Positions 40,143 through 52,829 of a stretch of DNA of 64,000 nt are shown in pieces. The stretch covers positions 43,338,001 through 43,402,000 of the forward strand of contig OX597825.1 of assembly GCA_951406725.2 (NCBI GenBank), in the 5' to 3' direction. Below the pieces are notes generated by a model. It did no database searches. It saw nothing but the letters and a program-made list of their open reading frames with translations, and was not told the origin of the DNA. The stretch's first letter is position 1. Every line of letters starts with the position of its first letter. The position numbers and the translations under genes were made by a program. This stretch comes from Octopus vulgaris. Taxonomy: Eukaryota.

Positions 40143-41701
40143 CTGACAATGGAGAGAAACGAAGTAAAGAAAGAAATTCGAGTGAAAGCAGAGAATAAAT
40201 ATAAAATGTAAATAAATATCGATACATATGAGTGATTTGTATGTCGTAACACGATACTTTACGCTCATTGAAGGGATATGCTTTGCTTTCTCACTGTTTC
40301 TTATATTATGAAAAACAACAATGAATCAATAAGCATTTATGGACCGAATTTATCAATTGTTTATGTAATATATCTTTTCTTTTTTTGAAGAGGTGGTAGA
40401 TATGAGTTATGCTTTTATGAAATGTTGAAATGGAATGATATAGTAGGCATTCATTTGTATGTGAGATGCGGCTCCTTGGTTGCTTAAATATTTTTGGCCT
40501 GTTTGAGGTCAATCTGGAAGATACTATTTCTTTACATTCCCTGAAATCAAACATAACAAACTTTGTGTTAACATGGAGCTAAAACAATAAGGAATACCTA
40601 AAAAAAAACACTACCGAAACGATTGCTTAATAAATCACGGTAAATAATGACCAAATTCTTTTTACGAAAAACTTTAAAGTTCTCTTGAATTTGTTAGATA
40701 CTTTCATCCTGATAATATGATAAAAAATAAAAACAAAAATAAAATCAATTCAAAAAGGAAAAGCTTAAATGCAAGAAACGCCCATAACCTCAGTAGAATA
40801 AGAAGGTACAGAAACACTACTATTTTTGTTGTTTACATCTCTTGCGATCAACGTTTATCGTATTTATATTTTAACATTAATAACGGAAATAGCACATTGT
40901 GGAAAACAATAGAAATAAACGCTTCAGGTGATTTACATTTTAGTTTTAATAATACAACACGTTTGAAACTTTGCTAAACATTTACAAATACGCTACATTT
41001 TAGCATACGTTCTAGATTCGTATTCCGATGAGGTTTTTAGAATTTTTTATTGCAATGTTTACAATAGATCTAACATTATTTATTTTTACTTTGTATACAA
41101 CTTATACTTACTTAACTCCACATATCTTTCAGAAATAATAAAATCCGGTGTCGCTGCCCTACGAAGCTTCGTTCAAGATTCTCCGTCGCAGTTTCTCTCT
41201 AACACTAATAGTCGATGAAACCAACATATGCAGAGAGTCTTGGGCAGAGTAAAAACGGGCTTGTTTTTTGATTGGCGTTCTGCTGACACTCTATTACATC
41301 GTCCACGAAAGAAAGGCAAGCGTTTTTGATATCATCAAAGATTTGAAATGATTACAAAAAGGTCATAAATTTAACGCCTACAGAATATTTTCCGATAATC
41401 TGCAAATCCAAAGCTTCTAACATGATCCAGAGCAACATAGAACTCATTCGTATCATGTAATCTCAGAATACTGGATTAAACCTCTTCGCTGACTTTATCG
41501 GGGATTGGCAAAAGATTGCACACTAGCTAAATAACTAGCACTGTGTTATAATGTTAATACAAGGAATTGATTTAAACATAAGTAACAAAAAGAAAAAGGA
41601 TATACAGATGATCGAGCGCGAAGCATGGTGAAAACCAGTATTTTCGGAAACTCTATCGGTTCTCTCTCTCCATTTACAGACACACCCACACACACCCACA
41701 C

Positions 41702-41750
<49 letters not shown>

Positions 41751-41757
<7 letters not shown>

Positions 41758-43306
41758 AGGTTTGAAAATGCAATTTTAAAAGATGTTTATTTACTTTACC
41801 GGTTTCACTCTTTGGAAAAAAAATTGTCAAAAGTAACGTAAAAGTTTGGTTGTGTTAATTATTGGTTGTTACAAAATGCTACAATACATATATACAGTCT
41901 TTGGTAACAAGAAAATGATAAGGACATAAAAAAGTTTAACAAGTTCCTTAAAATATTGGGCACAAAAGATTACAATATATATATACATTCTCAAGAAAAT
42001 GTTAAAGATAGTTTCCAGAAGGAATTATTAAAAAGTTCAGTGGGATATTGTTATTGTATCTGTATATTCATACACGCACAGAATATTGGTTGCCACAAAA
42101 TACTACAATACATATATATACATTCTCTGGTGACAAAAGCATGTTAAGAACATAAAAAAGTTTAACAAGTTCATTAAAATATTGAGCACAAAAGATTACA
42201 ACAAATATATACATTCTCAAGAAAATGTTAAAGATAGTTTCCAGAAGGAATTATTAAAAAGTTCAGTGGAATATTGGTATACATGCACAGAATATTATGA
42301 GTTCAAAAAAGTTTACAGTAGGGAAGCTCAAACTAACCTGTCCACCATGTTAACGTAAAAGACCATTATCTATTTCAAGGGACACTGTAGGTATGTTTGG
42401 GTGGGGGGAAGGAAGAGTAATGTGGAACTGAAAAGAATTTCTCCTTTTTGTCTCTCCTTCACGCATCGATGATTTGGGGGATTGGTCATTAGAGGTCAGA
42501 AACGTTCGAGTGCGTGTGTCTTTGTGTGTGTGTATATACATATGCGGTGTGAATAGATGTGTCTGCGTGTTTGTAAAATATGGTAGGATGGTGTGTGTTT
42601 ATGTGTGCCCGTTTGTCAACCGTGTGTGTGATTGTCTTGGTGTTGTGTGTGTGCGTGTGTATGTGGGTGATTGGCATTTGGTAGGATGGTGTGTGTATAT
42701 GTGTGCCCGTTTGTCAACCGTGTGTGTGATTGTCTTAGTGTTGTGTGTGTGTGAGAGAGTGTGTGTGTGTATGTATGTCTGTGATTGGCATTTGTCATGG
42801 GGTGTGTGTGTATGTGTGTTTGTAAGGAGGTCAGAATGGTGTGAGTGAATGTGTCTTTGTGTGTGTATATATGTATACATGTGTTTGTGTGTGTGTGAGG
42901 GGCTGTTTTTGATTGGTCCCAGGGTCCATTGTGGTGTAAATAGATGTGTGTTTTTTTTAATATTTGGTAGGATAGTGTGTGTTTATGTGTGCTCGTTTGT
43001 CAACCGTCTGTGTGATTGTCTTGGTGTTGTGTGTGTGTGTTGCGTGTGTGTTCGTATGTGTGTCCATGTGTGTTGGGTTTGTCTGGGTGACGTGTGCGTG
43101 TTTATGCTTTTTGTGTGTGTTGGTATTGAGTATGTGTTTGTGTGTGTGCATATATATGGTGCGAGTGTGTGTGTCTTTGTGTGTTTGTTTTGGATGTGTG
43201 CCTGGGGGGTATGTTAGAGTATGTTTAGTTGTGGTCTGTATTTTTGAATAAGATTATTTTCCCTATTTATTCGTGTTTGGTCTGACAAATACCAATCACG
43301 TACATT

Positions 43307-43342
<36 letters not shown>

Positions 43343-44304
43343 TATACCCAACAGAAATGGACACACATACGAACAAACACATTCACACTAGCGCTCACGC
43401 AACACACTAACAAACATTAACCACACACATACACACACACACACAAACGGGCACACATATACACACACGATCCTACCAAATTTTAAAAACACACATCTAT
43501 TTACACCACAATGGATACTGGGACCAATCAAAAACAGCTCACACACACACACACACACAAACACATGTATACATATATACACACAAACAAAGACATCACA
43601 CTCACACCATTTTGACCTCAATACAGACACACATATACACACACATGCACACACGCAGCACCATGATAAATGCCAATCACGCACATACCTACACACACAC
43701 ACACAACACCAAGACAATCACACACGGGGTTGACAGATGTGCACAATTATACAAACGCCATCCTACCAAATTTCTAAAAAAACACATCTATTTACACCAC
43801 AATGGACCCTGGGACCAATCAAAAACCGCCCCCCACACACAATGTATATATTTGTTGTAATCTTTTGTGCCCAATATTTTAATGAACTTGTTAAACTTTT
43901 TATGTTCTTAACATGCTTTTGTCACCAACGAATGTATATATATGTATTGTAGTATTTTGTGGCAACCAATATTCTGTGCGTGTATGAATATACAGATACA
44001 ATAACAATATCCCACTGAACTTTTTAATAATTCCTTCTGGAAACTATCTTTAACATTTTCTTGAGAATGTATATTTATGTTGTAATCTTTTGTGCCCAAC
44101 ATTTTAAGGAACTTGTTAAACTTTTTTATGTCCTTAACATGTTCTTGTTACCAAAAACTGTATATATGTATTGTAGCATTTTGTAACAACCAATAATTAA
44201 CACAACCAAACTTTTACGTTACTTTTGACAATTTTTTTTCCAAAGAGTGAAACCGGTAACGTAAATAAACATCTTTTAAAATTGCATTTTCAAACCTTCT
44301 TTCG
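41751..44304. mobile_element. ~2.55-kb foldback element with ~460-bp terminal inverted repeats
   Basis: 41753-42214 is the reverse complement of 43841-44302. Inner GT-rich and AC-rich arms also pair (GATTGGTCCCAGGGTCCATTGTGGTGTAAATAGATG / CATCTATTTACACCACAATGGACCCTGGGACCAATC). TA at both ends. Confidence 0.88.
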
Positions 44305-44351
44305 TATATAATTCCACTCGGACGGTACCCTACAACTCCACTTTGTTATAA

Positions 44352-44443
<92 letters not shown>

Positions 44444-44533
44444 AGAAATAAAGAGACAGAGAGACAGAGAGAGAGTTTGAAGTAATGTACAAATATTGTA
44501 TCTTTAGAATAGGGTAGTCAGAATGTTGGATGA

Positions 44534-44565
<32 letters not shown>

Positions 44566-44655
44566 TCGGGGTGAGTAGTTGATAATTATAAGCACCTGTG
44601 TATACCGTTTGGTGGAGTAAATTGATCAAAATAAAAACATGATGCGAAGGATTCA

Positions 44656-44733
44656 GCGGTACATATGTTTCGGGCCTTTATTAGACAGATTTATAACAAT
44701 GCATAATGTATGTCTGTGGCCTTCTTCAGCCGC
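44656..44733 (-). ncRNA. Mirror copy of the intact hammerhead
   Basis: Reverse complement of 45773-45850. Confidence 0.8.
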
Positions 44734-45772
44734 GCACAACAGCTTCCACAAGGACATGTGTTACATCAAAAATTCTTGGTTGGGGATGCAAATCCTCTCA
44801 TTCGCGTACGACATAATGCGGCAGCAGCATAGAATTGAAGCGTCCATCTCTTTCTTCTCTCAATGTAGAATGAGGAAAATTGGATGTTGAAGTAATGTAA
44901 ATAAATAAATACATATATAGACGTGAAGATGGAGGGGCGAGAATTCAGGACGAGGGATAAAAAATGTATAAAAAGTGTAAGTATAGAAAAATATAAAAAT
45001 GTAGAGCATAAAGATATAAAGAAGTATAAGGAGATGTAAAGGGGGTATAAAGAATATAAAGAAATGTAAAGAAATATAAATAAATGTAAAGGCATAAGGT
45101 TATAAAGTAAAAATAGAAATAGAAATAAAAGTAAAAAAACATGATAAAAATGTAAAAAAATATAAAGATAAGGGATGTATAGAGGTTACGGACCAAGCAT
45201 GGTGGTCAGGAGATTGATAAAATTTAGTTGTAGAATTGTCAGTAAATAAACAGTTTCGTCTGGGGACCTAATGTGTTGTAAATCAGAGCTGTTGAGCGTT
45301 TAATCTGGTTCCTTGAATTAATTGGACTTCTAGTACACACATATCATCATGGATACATACACCCATATACACGCGTACATATACGCCTCCAAGCCTATAA
45401 GCATACACACGCACTCGCGTGTAAACATGTACATAAACACACACACACCCACACGCACGCGCGTACACATACATACATACAACAGAATATCCGCATGTAT
45501 ACACGGACACTATACGTGTACACACTCACATGTACATACGCGCGCCCATCCCTACATACACACACGCATATGCCCACGCTTCCAGGTCTAGATATAAGAT
45601 ATTAAAGGATGTATATAAGAACGTATGTAAAGAATCACTACATTGAGAGAAGAAAGAGATGGACGCTTCAATTCTATGCTGCTGCCGCATTATGTCGTAC
45701 GCGAATGAGAGGATTTGCATCCCCAACCAAGAATTTTTGATGTAACACATGTCCTTGTGGAAGCTGTTGTGC

Positions 45773-45850
45773 GCGGCTGAAGAAGGCCACAGACATACAT
45801 TATGCATTGTTATAAATCTGTCTAATAAAGGCCCGAAACATATGTACCGC
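45773..45850 (+). ncRNA. Type-I hammerhead ribozyme with intact catalytic core
   Basis: GCGG-CTGAAGA-aGGCC...ACAGA..TCTGT..GGCCc-GAAAC-ATAT-GTA-CCGC. Stem I GCGG/CCGC; predicted cleavage after A45846; A.C mismatch at the base of stem II. Confidence 0.8.
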
Positions 45851-46247
45851 TGAATCCTTCGCATCTTGTTTATATATATATATACATACATTTCATTTTC
45901 ATTTTTAGCGCTTTCTTCTGCTATCGGATTTATCAAAAAGTGGTTTGAAGTTAGATTTCTTGGCCTTTTTATATACATACAATTTTGTGTAGATTGTCAA
46001 GCAAGCGAGACCTTTTAAGATGGGTAGGAAAAATAATTTTTCTATTTTTGAAATGGTTAAGATTTTAACTGAAAAACCAGCAGTTGTTTTTGACTTTATT
46101 CAGTGAAAATTATAATTGCATTTCCAGGTCTTGTTCTTTTGTATAGTCATTAAAGAATAGTTGTATGAATGTGGTCAACGTTTCTTGATTGAATCACTAG
46201 ATGTTTTCGAAAGAGTGATTTTTTAGTTCGCTATACACTCACACATC

Positions 46248-46320
<73 letters not shown>

Positions 46321-46499
46321 TTGTAGAAGTAGAACACCTCTATTGGTTGACTCCTAATGGACTGTGCTACAGTATAAATGGACATACACAGAGAGTCTTG
46401 GGCAGAGTAAAAACGAGAGTTAATTTTTTATTGCAGTTTCGCATACGGGCTTGTTTTTTGATTGGTGTTCTTTTCCCCATTTGGAGGCAAAGAATTTTG

Positions 46500-47975
46500 A
46501 AATGGAATGTTCGCCAGTACAAGTCGGTGGTTATGCGTCGGCGGTCGGTAGTCGAGCGACCAACTTTTCAAACGCATTGGAAGTGCGAGTGATAGCAATA
46601 GACCTCAAAACGATTGGAAGTCACAGTGAGCGGCTCCACAAGGAAGGGAAAAGCCTGCAACTAACCCCGCCAGAGGAAGTGACCAATAGTACCAGAAGAA
46701 GGACAGTGGTATACATAGCGCTGTCCTTATCCAGCAAGAAAATTTAGATAGCGACAGAGGAGGCTATTGAAAAGTGCCTAGAAAAAGTGTAACCACCTAC
46801 TACAGTGGAGGCACTGTGTAGGTGAGGTTTACCACGGTAACCAATCCCTCCACTATACCTTTGAGATCACAGGAATGGTGTTCCTGCCACCCTGCTGCGG
46901 TAACAGAGTCGCGAGAATCAGAGTTGGCAAGGTGTCGCCAGAAATAAAGGAAGCATGGCTAGTGGTATCCATAACTTATGAAACAGAAGAAATAAAAATA
47001 TTGCAAGTAACAAGAACTAAGAAGCTGACTTTCTGGGGTTATGGACTGGAAATGGTGATCCAAGCCAGCCAAGAAGAATTATATGTGATAACGGAAGAAA
47101 TACTACTGCCGGAAGATAAAAAATCATGAGTGGTAGTGGAGGGTCATCCACTCACCTCCTATCACTGCTGTGTGAAGGGGCACATGAAAGCAAAGTACTG
47201 AGACAACAGCCCCAAGCATGGATGAAAATACGGAATACACAGACGAAGAAGGATTCGGTGAAGTTCCAAAAAGAGAGATGTGGCTACAGTGTCACCCCCG
47301 AAAACTACTAAAAAGAAAAAGAAAAACATTAACACTGAAGGCGACACACAAGTATTTAACAGACTAGACATACTCACACAGCATACACCACAAGTAGAAA
47401 CACCCCAAAATAGTGATACCAGCCCGGTTACCTCCAGACCCAAATGCAGACAGAAAAAACACACAGACTCAGAAGACCCCCCCCCCCGAAAACACAAGGC
47501 TTACATTATGACATACGCCAAAAGCATGGCAATCCAACGCATGATTACCATCATTAAGTCAGGAATAAGAGTGAAATTGCCGGCTGAGGCGAAATCGGAA
47601 TACACCAAATGCATATTAATTGACAGAGAAAAATACACAAAATTAAAAGTAAAAAAAATTGGTTCACTAATTGACCCGCTAGGAGAGGAGATAGAATACG
47701 AAACCCTACCTCCGGTTGAGGATTACAAAGACATAATACAGTACCTGAACTAGTAAATACAGTAAGTAAAATTTTTGATGATGACAATTTGATAAAAAAA
47801 ACTGGAGGCAAAAACAGTTAAATGTAACCACCCGAAGGTGGGGTTCGAATGGCCATCTCACCTTCATTTTTATATAATTTCACCTTTCATCCGTTTTATG
47901 ATTTTGTCCCCCACGTATACTGTTTTGTCTGCCCTTGTGCCGTCCACTCCCTGTTACGGGCCATTGTGCCTAAAA
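46500..47975 (+). mobile_element. Tx1/L1-like ORF1 relic directly followed by family 3' UTR (HAL1-like)
   Basis: EEAIEKCLEK..VFLPPCCGNRVARIRVGKVSPEI..VVVEGHP..YHCCVKGHMKAK (decayed CCHC)..ILIDREKYTKLK..IDPL; 3' UTR-like segment at 47835-47975. Confidence 0.65.
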
Positions 47976-48044
47976 ATTTAAATGTAAAGCCGAGAAATCT
48001 GTTGTTACAACCTCCGCTTGTGGATTACAAAGACATATTACACT

Positions 48045-50100
48045 AATTTCTTTATTAACCATAAACGTCGAAATATAGAGTGGACGATGCAAGGACAGAC
48101 AAAGGGTAGAGGCACGAATAGAAGATATAATCGATGATAAATGTGTATGAAATTCGGATGAGAATTAAAAATGAATGAAAAAAATTAATGAAGTGAGGCA
48201 TGTAGCCGACCCCACAAACCACATTTCAACACTGAATCCCTTGGTAGACTCTACTTTCTCGCTCAATCAGGTTCATCTACTCTCAACACTCTTGCTACAG
48301 TCCTCCATCATTTCCGAAATATTCCGTGCAACAGACATCTCCTCTCCAGCCTTATTTTCCATTTCATATGGAAAAGGAAGAGGTTCACCAACCCAAGACT
48401 GGAGATGAAAATGCCTATCACGATCCCTTTCACTCTTGTCTTCCATACTACCTCCGCGGTAGCTACAACGCAGAGGAAACGAGCCTTCTCTTCCCTAATG
48501 AAGAAAGGCGGCCGAACAATCTTAAAGACGACCGACCTGTCCTCCGGGTATACAAAGACTGCTCTTACCTCTAACACAGATTTTTCCGGAGTAGGACTGC
48601 AACTCCTCCTCCGCTCCCAGGTTGGTTTAGGGAAATAAATTTCTCCTAACCGTTTAGGAGAAAGGTAAAAGACTGCAGTCCACTCAGTTTGGTTTCGGTA
48701 ATAATTACTAATTCTAAACTAAGCGACCTGAGCTCGTCAAGGAGGCAGCTTCACTTCTAATCCTAACCCAGGCCGCGCAAATTTATGCAACCTACGTTAA
48801 GCGAGAATATGAAGCAGTCTTACCGTTCAAGGAGGGAGAATGGTTATCCCTCCTCCTCCGTTCTTTTTTGCGTCGTAGCTTGGGGGGAGGCTTTATGAAT
48901 GATTGATAAAAATGAGACGACAATTTTTTGGAAAGGACCAACGTCCTCTTTGAAAGTCATTTTTAAGGCTGCATAGCCTGTTGAATCAAATTGAATGAAC
49001 TGTATGTGGGATAAGATTTGGGTTCTCGTGTGCACGGAACGGAGAAGCAGATGGAAAGTTTTGTATAACTGTGTGAGTTTTTCATTTTTGGTGTTTACAG
49101 AGGTAATGTTAATGCATAGTTGGGGGTCGGTGGTTGGGGAATTTGGAGAGGGGGTGTTTGTGGTTTTATTTGAGATAGTGAGAATGCTAGTGTCAGAATG
49201 AGTGCGGAGGGGATTCTTACTTTTTCTGCTTCTCTTTTTTCGGGTGACCGTACTCCACTCCATGTCTTCTTTGGGTAGTAGTTGCGTTCCCGTCTCTTCT
49301 GCCGTTCTTTTTGTCGCTTCTTTAAGCGGTTGGCTTTCTTTTGGTGGCTGGGTTTCTCTCTCTGGTGAATCTTCTGATGTTGTTGGGTTGTTGGTGGGCT
49401 CTGATGGTGAAGGACATTCCGATCCTATGTAGCCTTTTTGGCCACACTTATAACATCTCGGTTCGAGCCATGATCCGAGGCTAGTGTCTTCCTTGATTAA
49501 AATGGACTCTGATAACTTTTCTAAATCTGCAGGGGCCGCTTGAATCAGTATTTCGAGTTGTTGGCCTTGCCAATTTTGTTGCAGGTATTGTGTTTCCTGC
49601 GGATGGTTATTTTATCCTCCAAGCCCAGTGTAATAGCTGCCGTGAGACAGCCAGCATCAATCTCCGGCGGAATGTCTTCTACCTTTACCTTGGAATTATG
49701 CCTCCCAAGGTATGTCGGTAGGAGGACTAGTTCAACCGATTTGAGCGGAGCGGTTAAGTGTTGCCTGACTAACTTCTCTGATGGAAATCTCACCTCCACA
49801 GAGGCAAATTTTTGCCTTGAGTAATGTAAGTTAGATCCTTCCAGATGGGCTGAACGTACTTTTCTATGCCTTCCTTTGAAGCAATCTCAATTTTTTGTTC
49901 TTTACATTATATGTCGTCTAGAACACAGTCCTCCTCTGGGTGGTAAGCGTTACTTCGCTTACTAGGTTTATTCTAACGTTGAAACCCTCTTTTCGAAGTA
50001 TTCCTCTATATTTGTCCAGTTTTTTTTATTTCCGTAGAAACGTCTCTGTTACTCACGCTGGCGGCTGCAGCAAAATTGGTACTTTTTTAACAACTATTAT
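48045..50100 (-). mobile_element. Internally deleted Tx1/L1-like LINE: ORF1 + ORF2 C-terminus + 3' UTR
   Basis: PLKSVELVLLPTYLGRH..PRCYKCGQKGYIGSECP; KIVRPPFFIREEKARFLCVVATAEVVWKTRVKG (Tx1-like ORF2 tail); TGTCCTTGCATCGTCCACT..AATAAA. Confidence 0.7.
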
Positions 50101-50165
50101 TTCGGTATTTACTTCGTGTTCGGTTATTATTCTTTTCATTGCCTCAGCAATCATTTCGTCTTCTT

Positions 50166-50315
50166 CCGACGGGGGTCGAGTGACCATTTCACCTTCATAT
50201 TTTATATAATTTCACCTTTCATCCATTTCCTGTTTTTGTTCCCACTCGTATTGTTCTACATGTCCTTGTGCTGTCCATTCTGTATTACGGGCCTTAGTGC
50301 CTAATAAAGAATTAA
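50166..50315 (+). mobile_element. Isolated 3' UTR of the same LINE family
   Basis: CACCTTCAT.TTTATATAATTTCACCTTTCATCC..CCTTGTGC.GTCCA.TC..TTACGGGCC..GTGCCTAA is shared with 47850-47975; ends AATAAA. Confidence 0.7.
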
Positions 50316-50485
50316 GAATTAAGTGTAAACCCAAGTCTTTTGGAATTACGGATGAATTTTTTGATTCTCGGCTTCGGCCTAGGTTAGTGAATATTTGAAC
50401 TGCTGATTGGTAAAATTGCTACTACTTTGTTGAATTTTTTTACGTATTTTGAAACACATAGCTTGTTAAGCAAACTTGTGTTTTT

Positions 50486-52130
50486 TGTTGTTCCTCCCCA
50501 CCCCGTGTGGGATGGAGGCAGAGATGCCTAGTGCAAGCGTAAAGAAGAAAATGGAAGCTACGCAGCAGGAGCGGGAAAAAGAATGAAACGCAGTTCGAAA
50601 TGAGAGAGGTAATGATATCTCGCAATAAGCTACGGAAATGCAAGAAGTATGCAGAAAAGGAGGGGGGCAAAGTAAAGTTGACCCCTCCAGAAGAGCTTTT
50701 GGCATAAGTAGAAAAAAGAAAAATTATATACAGGACCCTCAACCTGAAGGAAAGTAAGATAAAAGTGGCTACGAGTAGGACATCGAAAGGTGTTTTGACT
50801 GCATAACAAAGGAAGTAACCTTTTATGCACGTGGAAGGAAATTCGGTACAGTAAATGTGAGATTTGCCTCCACTGGAGAAGCAGTAAAGAACGTGCGATA
50901 CAACAGTGGCGATGAAGTTTCAAATAGTACCGAAACGGAAGAGTTACTGAAAGCAGTCGTAAAACAATAAGAGCAGCAACAGCAGTAACTACAGATGTTA
51001 ATAGAGTTGTTGCTGCAGTCGAGAAATTCGACAGAATCATTTTCAGCGGACGATATTGCAAAATCCACCGAAAAATTTCAGTACAAGCCGGATGAAGGAA
51101 CTACCTTTACCGCGTAGACATATTCTGAGAAGAATGCAAGGGATGGTCTACTGAAAGGAAGGTAAGGCTCCTTTTGCGAAAACTTGCCCCTTCGGAACTT
51201 GAAAATGCTTGTAACTTTATTTTGCGAAGATAGAAATGGGACTGGAAAGCATTTTGTGCAATATAGCACGTGATTTGCCGGCAACGCTGGAAGAAATTGA
51301 ATTGAAATTGGAAAAAGATATGTTCATGAACACGATTAAAAAAATATTATTGGAAAGCAACACGAAGAGTAATATAAATGAACGGAACGCAGGTTCAAAG
51401 CATTATTCAGTATGTGATGATGTAGGATATCCGGGGTTTGCCCGGATGAAAAGCCTCATGAAGACTTACGTGCATTGACCGAATATGGACAAGCAAATTG
51501 AGAGACTGGTAAAACAATGTAGGGGATACGCTATGGCAGCAAACGCGCCCCCAGAGCAGATAGAGCCGTGGCCAAAAACTAATTCAGCATGGTCTAGATT
51601 GCATGTGGATTTCACAGGACAAATAAATGGCTCTTATCATATCATCGTGGTGGATAGCTATTCCAAATGGACTGAAGTGTGTAAATATTCAAAGCCAACC
51701 ACAAATGTGACTATTGACTTCTTGCAAGAATTGTTCGCTCGTTATAGACTGCAAGATACGATCGTGTCAGATAATGGCCCACAATTGACGACGAAGGAGT
51801 TCGAAAGATTCGGTAAGTCGGTCCAGATGAAGCATGTGTTAACTCCGCCATACCATCCCAGGTCAAATGTTTTAGCTAAGATTCTTCGACACACTCAAGA
51901 AAGCCTTAATAAAGACCAGACGAGAAGCCCTTGAAGATAGAAATATGACAAAGTTCTTATAGGTGTACAGTATAACACCGAATCCAAATTCAGAGTCGGT
52001 TAGGTCGCCCGCAGACTTGATGTTCACCAGAAAGATTCGTTCTCTGTCTGACAAAATGTTGACAAAGTGTTTGACAAATTGTAGAAAACGGAAAATACAA
52101 AATTCGGGAAGTAGAACGAAATTGTGTTGA
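50486..52130 (+). mobile_element. Ty3/Gypsy LTR retrotransposon relic (5' LTR, PBS, gag fragment, integrase)
   Basis: TGTTGT(50486)...ACAACA(50905) followed by PBS-like TGGCGATGAAG. Integrase motifs GYPGFARMK..WSRLHVDF..VVDSYSKW..IVSDNGPQ..PPYHPRSN. Confidence 0.85.
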
Positions 52131-52143
52131 TATTTATACCACC

Positions 52144-52196
<53 letters not shown>

Positions 52197-52354
52197 TATA
52201 AAATATTAAAAAAAAACACCTTTTATCAATTCAAAATGAATAATTAAATTACACCATCTAGAAAATTACATATCAAAGAAAAGTTAGAATTAAAATGACA
52301 ATTAAAAAGTAAACATTAAGTAAATTACAAAAATAATATAATGTATATAATAGG

Positions 52355-52401
<47 letters not shown>

Positions 52402-52403
<2 letters not shown>

Positions 52404-52571
52404 CGCAGGAGTGGCTGTGTGGTAAGTAGCTTGCTAACCAACCACATGGTTCCGGGTTCAATCCCACTGCGTGGCATCTTGGGCAAGTGTCTTCTGCTAT
52501 AGCCCCGGGCCGACCAATGCCTTGTGAGTGGATTTGGTAGACGGAAACTGAAAGAAGCCTGTCGTATGTAT

Positions 52572-52609
<38 letters not shown>

Positions 52610-52829
52610 TTATGTGTCTGTGTTTGTTCCCCTAGCATTGCTTGACAACCGATGTTGGTGTGTTTACGTCCCCGTCACTTAGCGGTTCGGCAAAAAGGGA
52701 CCGATAGAATAAGTACTGGGCTTACAAAAAAAATGAGTCCCGGGCTCGAGTTGCTCGACTAAAGGGGATGCTCCAGCATGGCCGCAGTCAAATGACTGAA
52801 ACAAGTAAAAGAGTAAAGAGTAAAAGAGT
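52402..52829 (+). mobile_element. Full-length tRNA-derived SINE inserted in (TA)n
   Basis: A box TGGCTGTGTGG, B box GGTTCAATCCC, internal TA/TG tract and (AAAGAGT)n tail. Confidence 0.92.

Larger units (their letters stand above)
44641..45865. mobile_element. Element with apparently identical 228-bp inverted arms, each containing a hammerhead
   Basis: 44641-44868 is the reverse complement of 45638-45865 (identical translations in the ORF track). Near (TA)n tracts. Confidence 0.9.

Noticed and set aside
44639-45978. Duplicated 'RRIQRYICFGP...' ORFs as paralogous genes
   Set aside because: Incidental translations of the inverted arms; the conserved feature is RNA structure on the opposite strand.
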